DNA of 64,000 nt from Tubiluchus corallicola. Its lineage: Eukaryota > Animalia > Priapulida. Position 1 is the first letter of the stretch, and every line of letters begins with the position of its first letter. The translations under genes and the position numbers were made by a program. The DNA is taken from assembly GCA_030141605.1 (NCBI GenBank), contig JAQGDQ010000316.1:62001-126000 (forward strand), given 5' to 3'. Positions 53,966 through 64,000 of this stretch are shown one piece after another. The notes under the pieces were generated by a model. The model saw only the letters and a list, made by a program, of their open reading frames with translations, ran no database searches and was not told the origin of the DNA.

Positions 53966-54887
53966 GAAATGAAGGCTTTGATGAAAAGAACACAAATGGT
54001 CAAGTTATTGTCTTCCTATAAATGTCAAAATGCAAGTGTAAATCAAATGCAGTTTTACGTTTATTAATTTTACTATCAATTGTGTGCATGCATGGCAAAA
54101 TCGTCCATTATTTGATATACAAGCTTTTCTAGTTATTCTCATACTTTGAATTTCCATTTCATAAGGATCATTTTGATACCAAGCTCATCGCTCTACGTTA
54201 TTTGTAAGCTGAGATAATTCACTTTGAAGTTGAGGCGCAGGCTGTGCTGTGAAAAATATAATCTTGGGAAAATCACTGTTAAAGTCAGCCATTGTTTTTT
54301 GTCACATCTCTACAAAACACTTAGCAACCGTACGAAAGTGTGGTTGCTGTGGACTTTACAAGAGCGCATTGAAGTTGCGTTTGGTTCTTCTTGACGAATA
54401 TCTGAGCTTGTTAATAGAAAAAGCCTGAAACAAAATGACTGCTTCCACGAGCTACTATTTGAGTTTGAAAATAAAATTTTTTACTATTGTAGTACTAGTT
54501 TCTAACCAGAAAAGTTTGCACGGTGCTATAAAATTAAATTTTTAGTATTTTTGACATTTTCTTAGCAATTTCATGCTAGAATATAAAAATCCAATATACT
54601 TAGCATTTGTTTTTAAGAAAAATAAAAAAACGACATTTGACCAAATTTTTGGTGCTTTCTACTTTGAAGCTTTATACCGTTATTTTAACAACTTATTGAT
54701 TGTTCGCTTTGCAAGCACACAATTAGTAATTTAATTAGCAATTACGTAAGTAGATCTGCTAATCACTGCACTTAAAAGCTGCAAAATCACACATACGTTT
54801 TGTCTTCTGTCTGGGCCTGAGACTTTTGCTTTCCGCCAGATGGAAACCAACAAGCAACACAGCATAAATGACGATGATGAACTTCAT
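46191..54887 (-). CDS. Secreted S1 (chymotrypsin-fold) serine protease A, 302 aa; coding exons 54887-54797, 51348-51272, 50918-50818, 49875-49809, 48035-47840, 47497-47346, 46415-46191
   Basis: All introns are GT-AG with matching phases; signal [75 protein letters not shown]; catalytic triad intact. Confidence 0.9.
48780..49123 (+). mobile_element. Possible decayed piggyBac-like right end
   Basis: KPRKYCKYS...KSCGMPLW resembles a decayed Cys-rich C-terminus; GGGG|TTAA at 49116-49123. No matching left end found. Confidence 0.3.
50254..50569 (-). mobile_element. 5'-truncated RTE-like LINE 3' end in a protease intron
   Basis: DRSAWR and [21 protein letters not shown] (C2H2), terminal hairpin CCTTCGTTTCGAAGG and short (CAT)n tail; 10-bp direct repeat GTATAGTCTG at 50244-50253 and 50570-50579 (TSD). 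Confidence 0.85.
51343..52650. repeat. 45-bp minisatellite, ~29 copies, built from an intron 3' end of protease A
   Basis: Minus-strand unit ACTGACAATCATCATCATTGTCTTCATTTGTTCTTTCAG|CACGTC; the last unit is the frame-preserving acceptor of exon 51348-51272. Confidence 0.95.
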
Positions 54888-56236
54888 ATTGATGCCTGAT
54901 CTGTATTTATACTAGAGCAATAAATAGATTCGTATAAGAAGAAAGTTCAACAAAAAACAAGTTATTGAACAATATTTGAACTTAAACTACAAAAAATTAA
55001 CTTGGGTATTACCTAGGCAATGCATGCTACTATTTACAAAAGCCAATAACTAAATTGATTGAGTCTATGCGGTAACCTAAGACGTCAAATTCTCTTGGGG
55101 CGCCGGAATTTAGGGTCTTCCATTTTGAAAGATTGTAATTGTTCTCCAAAAAGTTCGCATCCTTTATTGTTCATGCAAGGTGTGTATTTTGTAACATACC
55201 ACAAGCATTCACTGAGTAGATTTTTATATAAAGTCGTGCAACAAACAAATACAAATATTACATAAACGGTCCTGCCCCAGAAGAAAGTGTGCAGCTCTCT
55301 TGCATATATTTATTATGTTATTAACATTATTAACGGGGCACTAGCTAATCGAGCTACTAACACACCACAAATAATTGCGTACAGAGGTTTCTATATAAAC
55401 AGTTATAAATTTATAAAATAGATTTGCAGGTTGAGATCTTGCTAGGGGCAATGTTCGCCTGTGTTTAAAGCAAATAAAACATTTTGAAATGAAGTGAACA
55501 CACAACAACTTTGATTTCTTACTTTGAAAAAATGAAAAATACTTGATTTTCTCCAAAATTCGAGGACTTCAAAATTGGATAGTCACGAATTTAAAACATT
55601 TTTACTACACAACACATCCAGAAGAGATTTAACCTTCTAGCTGGATTGTTTGTTCTAAAGTTACAAATTTAAATGCTTGAATATCTTTTAGCAAATAATT
55701 GAACTATAAGTGTTTTATCTACAATGGCGAATGAAATAAATCTTCCACAGCCTGAAATTGGGTTCTGCATTTTTTAGAATTTTATTATTTAAAGCAAAAT
55801 CGAACAAAAAATGAAGTTTGAAAATGACTTATCACAATCTTGAGTGATGATTCCAACTAATCTGTTCCTTGATTCTTGAGATACAAAACCCCTCTGTCTT
55901 ATTAATATATAATTCTTGCTATCAACACAATCATTTTTGAAGATGATTGTCCTCACTTTGACCACAAATCTGGTAGGCATTGCAAAAATAATTGACAAAC
56001 GTCGAAATCCAAGAAAGTTTTGTCATATAAGAACCTGTGAAGCTTGATACTTTGATAGATTAATTTTATTATATATTAAGATAACAATTTTTTATATAAA
56101 ATAACACGTGTCGTTGTAGTATCGATGTAGTTACACTACTCATTGCACAAAGTAAATATGTGAAAATGGTTAGGCTATTTATGTAGAAAAGACTATTGAA
56201 CATATAGAGAGTGAAGAGAGTGAAACAATCACTTAC

Positions 56237-56313
56237 CTTTATGATCTGGAATCTTCCCAATCCACGTCCTCTGTTGAGGTCTATACTGCAGTGAGTTTTG
56301 ACTTCCTTTTATA
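56237..56313 (-). promoter_or_regulatory. Probable TATA box and non-coding first exon of protease A
   Basis: TATAAAAG at 56313-56306, an ATG-less stretch ending in AAG|GTAAGT at 56237, and an acceptor at 54900 just upstream of the ATG. Confidence 0.55.
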
Positions 56314-57985
56314 CTAAACTGCGACATCCGCATTTACAAAGCAAATTGCAATCGTAAGCTTTGCTATGACATTTGCTGTGCAATAATAAAAGCAATTAAT
56401 CAGAAATTTACATTAATTAAATAATAATTGTGTTGTAAGTGGTTGACTTTTGATGGAGAGATTGGTAAGCAAAAATTGAGTATAAATAAATAAAACATAT
56501 TCTGAAATTGTAAGCATAATATAAATTTCGGATTGCAGTTTAACTCCTTCAGGACTGCATCATTCAGAATAGATCTTATAAGACTTATGACTTTTCTGCT
56601 TCTGTATGAGCTCATTACTACAAAAAGTTGAAAGTTACTGGGATCAGTACAGGATCAGCAACTCTTTATATCGTATTACTTAAAAAACGTTTAATCTCTC
56701 CCTTGCTTCTCCTGAAATTCCTGTTTGCTCTACTCCGTGTTGAATTTCCCCACATCCGGTGACAGGCACATAATTTAAAATTGCAACCGCTAGATGGGAG
56801 CGTCAAACCCATGAACGGACACTATTTCCGTGTAGCTCTGTGCAGACAGAACAATATATTATAATAAAGCGTCTTCTCACTGTACAAACTAGAAACAGAT
56901 TTATTAACCTAGATTTTGCGTCATTCCATTCTGTAAGGTCATGCAATGTGGCTTTTGAAATCTGTAATAAACTGCTAAAGTCATTTTGAAACATTATAAC
57001 GTCTTTCTCCAAAGAATCATTAACGAATGTTAACATCATTGTTAATATTATTAGTGCATCATTATGTATGTTATGTGTCACGACTTGTCTTGTTCATCCT
57101 TTTGTGCTGACTTTACTGCAGACTTGTTTAGAGTTACATCAGAAATTATTGTTAGATTATTATAACTATAAAAATTAACAAACAAAACAGAAATACAATA
57201 AAAGTTATTGATTCATAGGATAATGAAATGATAATATTGCTAACAGTGAAAACTTCAATTGGTTAAATTGAGAGGCTGCGATGAAAAATTAAAAAAATAT
57301 TTTTTTATGGTAGACAGGAAACATAAGATTGACAATTTAATAGCAACAAAGTTTAACAATATACTAATGTACAATCGTAGTTCAAAATAAGCACACTATA
57401 TATTCTTTTTGCATTGTAATTTAGGTACCTTACTTTCTAAAATAACCAAAAACAGCCAACAAGTGAAAATAAGCAGCAATAAGCAGTAAGCAATAAAAGT
57501 ATGAGAAAATTACAATTGTTGTAATAAACATGAGTATGTAAATTATGCAAATAAAGATAAATAAATATGGTCGATGGAGAAGCAAATGAAAACAAAATGA
57601 AAATATAAAATTTCTCTGTTGTGCGGCACCAATTACCATATTTGCTGCTATAAGCAAAAAATCACTGACTTTGAATAAATCACTGAGTCATTTCCCTGGG
57701 CTGCATGAAAAGCGCATATATTCCGTCTGAAACTTACTGAAATTTTGATGTGGAATTGAGTCTTACTCTTAAAAGTTTCGTTTCAATCAAAAGATGATTT
57801 TGCACAAGGCAAGAGCTGCCGGAGTCAGTGAGCATGCTGCACTGGTCCGCCTTTGGGGCTCCACTCCTGTTTTGGAAGGTTTACTCTTCTACACATGGCT
57901 GTTGGGTCACTTGACATCCTCCGCCCTCTAGGCTGGTTGTGCAGCTCCTCCGCCTAGTGTCGAGATATAGTGTGGGCATCCCCGC

Positions 57986-58105
57986 AAACCTATAACACCT
58001 GGTATTCCTAGGCGGTCACCCATCTAAGTACTAACCAGGTTCTACGTTGCTTAACTTCGGTGATCAGACGAGAACCTGTGTTTTCAACGTGATATGGCCA
58101 TAGAC
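57986..58105 (-). pseudogene. 5S rRNA-derived copy (pseudogene or SINE3 head)
   Basis: Full-length 120-nt metazoan 5S-like sequence GTCTATGGCCATATCACGTTGAAAAC...GTTAGTACTTAGATGGGTGACCGCCTAGGAATACC...; several CpG-type transitions against recalled 5S consensus; single copy; only TTT at the 3' end. Confidence 0.88.
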
Positions 58106-61100
58106 TGAGGTTATATAACAACGTTTTAACATACGCAAACACAGTCTAGGCACACGCCTCTTGCTAAAACCAGCAGTGTTCTTCAATTCGTTATAGATAC
58201 GATAAAAGCAAGCATTGCTCCCACTTGCAACATACCTTGCAATTATATCATCATCATGATCGTCACCGTCATCATCATCATCATCATCATCATCATCACG
58301 ATTCAATGAATCATACGTCCAGTGTCATGATTCTGTTCACCTCCCTATGCCCCGACATGGAATGTCCCAAGTGTGATCAAGTGTTTCAATCTTTCTGTTC
58401 AAAAACTAAGTATGTTAACATTTTTCCAATTGCAGATTTTCAGCCTGGATCGATTGCTTTTTGGAGAGCTACTTCACTGGATTATCATCAGGTCGTCTAA
58501 GCAGAAGTCCAAACCATCTTAGATGCCCATTTTTCATTTTCTTGTCAAAAGTGTTTTTATTTTTATACAGATCTTCATTTTACATTTTCTCGGCCATCTG
58601 ACAAACAAAGTGTTTCTGCAACTTTGTCTGTGGAACGCAATAAGATGATCAATTTCAAATAAGGCTGAGAATCTTTCTAATTTTTGTTTCCATGTCATAC
58701 TCTTAAAATTCATTGCAATTATAATGGAATTATGACTATTTTGCTTTATCATGATCATCTTCGTAAACATTATAATCCCGAGTTATAATCCTTCCTTAAG
58801 TTAATCATTTGTAATTACAAAGCAACTTCAGCTAGAAATACTGGATAGGCTGCTGTGGAATAGTATGGATACTAAGAAAACATGATTGGTGTTGTAACTG
58901 GAACTTTAGTTAAGTTGCAGCAGTGATGAAAAAGCATTTACAACAAATACTTGTGACAAAGGTCATGGTAGTAGAACAACATCAACAATCAATTTCTCAC
59001 GTAAAATATTATTATAATTTTCGCCCCCCCTTCCTCCCGGTGGGCCCGATTCGAAAAATAAACCATCAATGGCACGACACTAGATCGAGATCTAGATATA
59101 TATTATTATATATATATAAATATGCCAAGAATATTAATATATAGATCGCCTATTCTTGACGACATATTTTGTACCACGTAATATGAATGTATTTTGTAGA
59201 ATAATTTTCATAAGCAGGCTCACACATTTCTAATGTTTTTTTCTATTGTTCTCACACACGCATTTTAATAGGTAGCAACCGTCACTTAGCAAGAGTTAGC
59301 TGTATGTCCGCCTATGTCATGAGTAAAATTATTATTCCTGGTTTGTATAGTGGTAGTACGTATGTGTGTAGCTGTTTATGTGTGTTTGGGTAATGGCAAT
59401 GCTATAAGACTTGGATTAGGAAATAACACTTTTATCAAATAACATCACAACATATAAGAAAGGTATAGCAATGCCAAGCCCCTGATCTCTCTAGATTTCC
59501 TCAGCTGAGATTCTAGTCTGATCTGCGTCTTCCAGCGGGTGGCTTCAGCACCCGTGCCAGGCTGCATGCGCAGTCTGTCCAGAATGAGCACTTCCTTATT
59601 TGGGAGTCTGATGGATGAGCAGTCACGTGACCGCCGCACCTAAATACCTTATTTGGAAGTCTGGCTTCCTGGGTGTTCTTCATTGACATTTAACATATTT
59701 TACAGATTCTCTTTACTTCATGCATATCTGTGCATTTTAATTCAGCACTGTACAATTTGCAAAAATTATTTATTTATACCATTTTTTGTACTTATAATGT
59801 TCAATCATTACAGACAAGGTTTTCATTAGTTTTACACCATGCTCCTATAATTTCTTTGCAAAATTGACAACTAGTTGATCTCATAGATCTACGGATGTTA
59901 AGCCTTGCACCTGGCAATGGCCAGTCAAGTTTCATGCATCCCTATAGCTGGGATTTTAGTAGACCTAAGAGTTGTAATAGACCTAGTCTAATGGGCATCT
60001 AATGGGCATTTTGAAGAGCATGGCCAAGAGTTTGCAGTGATGATATTTATAAGAAAGCCTTACTGAATAAATTACTTGCAGACCGATTCGGCACTGAGGA
60101 TAGTTTTTTTATTATATTTGTATACAAGTGTTTTTTTTGTATATTGAAGGTCTCAAGTCAATTGATACATGAAACAAGAAGATCTTTTAGGTTTGTTATT
60201 ACTAAAATTTCAAGATTTTTTAGATAGTGAATTCTCTGTTTAATGGATTCTAAGTACGTATGCTTGTCTATTAATACTGATCATGCCAAGTATTTCAACC
60301 CAAAAGGTAAAAATAGTATTTACATTATATTTATGCTGAACAAGTCTTTTTTTATTTCCAATTTTAGCGTCAGATTGTTCAAGGACTCTTTTAACACAGA
60401 TTTTGATGTTGTTTCTAGACCATATACTGGTGAAATTCAAGAATTCTTATAAACTAAGGCCGTCATTTCCTGCTTTTATCACTATATTTTGTTATTGCAA
60501 CGATTTACTACTGATTGTAACATGTCGTTCACCAGTAGAGAGAAATTACCTTCAGAAAGTCGTGATTCTCAAGCATCCACAGATTTTATTGTGGTAAGCA
60601 ATCTGAAGTACCCACGCTTCAAATCTTTACCTATCAATCTATTACCAACTGACAAATCACGCGATACCATCTCTGTAGGTAAACATGTAATGATTGTTCT
60701 TATTATTGCTTTAATTGAAGTTTATTAATTTTCCATGTTATTCAATAAACATTTATAAAGTGGCACAGTTGTACAGCACTACTAAAACTTCTAATAGGAA
60801 CATTGTCAGAAAAGCTTAAAAATTATTTAGATACTTTTATTATGCACTAAAGTATGACAAAAACAGTATTGCAGACTGTTCCTCCTTTTAATCATTCATG
60901 TAATAGAACAGTTTTGCCCAGATGTATTATGGTGAAGTGTACCTCAAACTTAGCATTTAATAACGTTTATTTATGTTGCCTCTGTAACGTCATAAACTAT
61001 TTTCTTCCATTTTCGGAGATATTAAACAAAACTTAATCAAGATCTCAAGCTCAGTTAGAGATTACGTTTTAACATGTTTGGTATGGATTCATGTATCATT

Positions 61101-61834
61101 GTAATATAATTAAAGTAAGACATGTGAATGAACATGAATATTACAAAATCCAATTTTTGTAAATTTCAATGTGTTATTTTAGTGGCACTCCATCGAATCA
61201 CATTTTTTACTAAAAACTTTACATCTTTGTAAGTTTTTATTTTTACCCAAATTAAATTTAAAATATGTATAATAACAAAAAGCATAGCATATAAAACATA
61301 CAGACAAGCTAGATACACCAAATTTATAATTATTATGAAATGTCTAAGACTTTCAAATTTTGACTAATAAATATAACTGTAAGTACCTAAAAACAAATCC
61401 TAACCAGATTCAAATCGAAGAGCACTAAGACAATTAATTTTGAAGATGTTAAGGAGTTATTTTAACGTCGTTAATGTCGTTAAACATTATATAGCATATT
61501 GTAAGCATGCTCCTTAAACAATTGTTACTTTCAAGTAACGTCTACTAATTATGAATATACGAACTGAAAAAAGGTAAAATTGCCTTTTGTATTGGTATAA
61601 TATTGAATAACTACATTCACCAACCTTTGACAATTTAGTCCCTAAAACTGTATTAGTTTTTACAGTCTTTTAAAAAAACTAGAAACTGATAGTCACTGAA
61701 ACAGATAATGGCGTTTGGAATAAAAACAATATTTAACCATCTATTGTTGGCCTACACTTTTATGCTGCTGCCATTTAAACTTGTTGGTGTCACTTGACAC
61801 TGTCACAGCGACCTGCGTTATAAGATTTCTGGTA

Positions 61835-63697
61835 CTATGTATAAGATGGGAAAGTGGTGTAACGGTATTCACACCTTTTGTAATCATGGTAACAAATTTC
61901 ATCTAGGATCCATTGTTTGAATGCATTCACTCGGGTGTATACACTTGGATCAGCATCCTCCTGACATCTAAGAGCACCGAACGATGTGATGCCAATGAGC
62001 TTTTCAGAATATCCCATGCTGACCATGGGACCACCCGAATCACCCTAAAATGAACAGTACATTGTTACAATAAGAGGTAGTGAAACCAACTATAATTTAC
62101 ACGAGTTTTAAGTCCCAAAGCTTACTTTAATATTGAGTAGTTTATAAAGATGGTTAAAGTTTGTTAACTGTAGATAAAAAAAACGATCACAATTTTTTCT
62201 TCATAAGGATGTTTGTTTGTGTATAATTGTTCATTTTTTTCTAAAAATAAGTCTCTTAACCAGCTCTTGGTGTCTATTTTATTGACATATTTTATCCACA
62301 AAATTAAAATGTGTTGAGCATTTCTACACTCTTTACTATTGGGAAGCAATTAAAGATAAATGGTTAGGCAACTTTCAAGCAATTGTTATTAAAAATAATG
62401 TTTGAAAATTGCACTGAAAACGTGCACAAAAGTTCTGAAATTAGTGAAAGTGACAGCAGAATATAAAAAAATGCCTTTAAAAATATTTAAGCTAAAACAA
62501 AATGTACAAGAATTAATTTACGCAGGTAAATAAATTACGTTATTTTTTATTCTTATCTTAACAGTAATCCTTTTTAAAAGCATGATTTATAACGTGTTGA
62601 GCCTTTACTAATTTAAGACTCTGCATTAAAGTTTTGCCTTGTGTCTTTGGTACAAAATTAAGATATTAAAAAATTACTTTAAATAATTTTACCTTAATAT
62701 ACCAAATTATTATTAAGGATAATATTTGCAAAACAGTAGTAATTCAAATTGTTCAAATGATAAATACAAAGGACAATTATATAATATCAAAAATAATTCA
62801 GTTTAACCAATTGTATTTTAAAAGGACTTCTACTGGGAGACACTTCAAGGTCAATCAACAGTTCATTATTTGCAGAAAGAGATGTAGCTAGGAGAGTCAA
62901 GTAACATGATCAATTTTGTCAAATAAAAAACAGTGTAGATTAACATGTAATGGTGTAAATATGTTACTAACAGTGCAAACTCCTGTCTCGTCCTGCAAGT
63001 TTCCAGCACAGATCATATTATCAGTGATTTTGTCAACTTCATGAAGTTTGCTCTTTAACAACTTGTAGCACAATTTATTTGGAACTACAAATACAACGGC
63101 TGTCTTAAGGATCTTTGACACAAGCCAACCAGTCCCATCTAGAAAGGTAAAAAAAACTCAGTTACACCAAGTTTTAGTTGTATTTTTGCAACATAAAGCA
63201 AGCGTGAAACAGAGTCTACGATCATCGCTTCTCTTGCTTTGTAAATAAGGTCATTATTGCATCATTAGCCAAAGTTAGTGATGCAAACTAACTACAATAA
63301 TCTTCTGGCTTAGTTAATTATTAAACCTTAATTCAGGGTATCAACACTGTTTACTATTCCATGTTTATTTACTTGTAAGTTGTTGAAAACTTTTCAAACT
63401 GACATTTACGCTTGTTAAAGAAGTTATATGTGTATCTATAAAAGCAACTTTCATTTTCATTGTCAATCAAGTTTTTTAGTAATATTCATCATTTTACAGC
63501 TTACCAGTATCTTCTGTAGTCCCGAATCCAGTCACCCTGACTTCTTGAAAATCATAACTTTCATCTGCAGGAGGTAAGTTTATTGTGCTTACTCTACTAT
63601 CTGACAAATTGACAGGAGAATCAAGTTGGATCAGAGCTATGTCATTATCAAAGCTAATATTTTGATTCCATTGAGGGTGGATAACCGTCCACAAAGC
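61835..63697 (-). CDS. S1 serine protease B (paralog of A), last three exons 63697-63505, 63138-62972, 62044-61835; 5' exons not found in the window
   Basis: IHPQWN...DNDIALIQL, VTGFG, NMICAG, CTGDSGGP, GITSFG, VYTRV; intron positions and phases match protease A. Confidence 0.9.
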
Positions 63698-64000
63698 CTA
63701 GAGAGAGAACAATTATCAGACATTTAACAGAATCTAGTTAACGTTTCGAGGATGCTTACTGTCAAATGTGAAATGTCAATAATTGATGATTAATTATTAC
63801 AGAATGTCTGTTGAGTTCAATGTAAATACTGCACTATGTGGCTCAGTGGTGATGTATAGAATTTGAATATGGAAACGTTTGGTACAAGAAAGTTCGATAC
63901 TGGTAAATTTTTGTACAAGCAATATTGACAATAGGAAATCTTGGCACAGGTAAATTTGGTACTATCATTGTAGTACCTTAAGGTACAAGGTATTTTTGGT

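Noticed and set aside
58300-60730. Decayed coding-like stretches (58300-58800, 60190-60730)
   Set aside because: No motif I can assign; multiple stops.

Overview
AT-rich, intron-containing animal (invertebrate-like) genomic DNA; no prokaryotic features and no CRISPR array. Host genes: a minus-strand secreted WSC-domain gene (partial); two dispersed paralogous copies of an ankyrin-repeat gene, each damaged differently; a two-coding-exon LRR-LRRCT-stalk-TM receptor gene; an intronless cadherin pseudogene; and two tandem minus-strand S1 serine protease genes (one reconstructed completely, 7 coding exons, 302 aa). Mobile DNA: a pogo/Tigger-like MITE, a TTAA-flanked long-TIR Sola3-like element, two LINE remnants, duplicated Ty3/Gypsy gag-PR-RT fragments inside an 89-bp satellite, and a 5S rRNA-derived copy. 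There are many mini- and microsatellites. Three structures stand out. (1) The satellite holds two tandem LTRs, each followed by an 18-nt tRNA-Ser copy (the structure of plus-strand strong-stop cDNA), plus an inverted gag-pol piece, all delimited by CTAGA. (2) A ~29-copy array of 3' splice sites lies in a protease intron. (3) A stop-free, phase-compatible AG|GT minisatellite lies in the LRR receptor intron. All calls come from reading the sequence by eye; no database searches were run and copy numbers are approximate.
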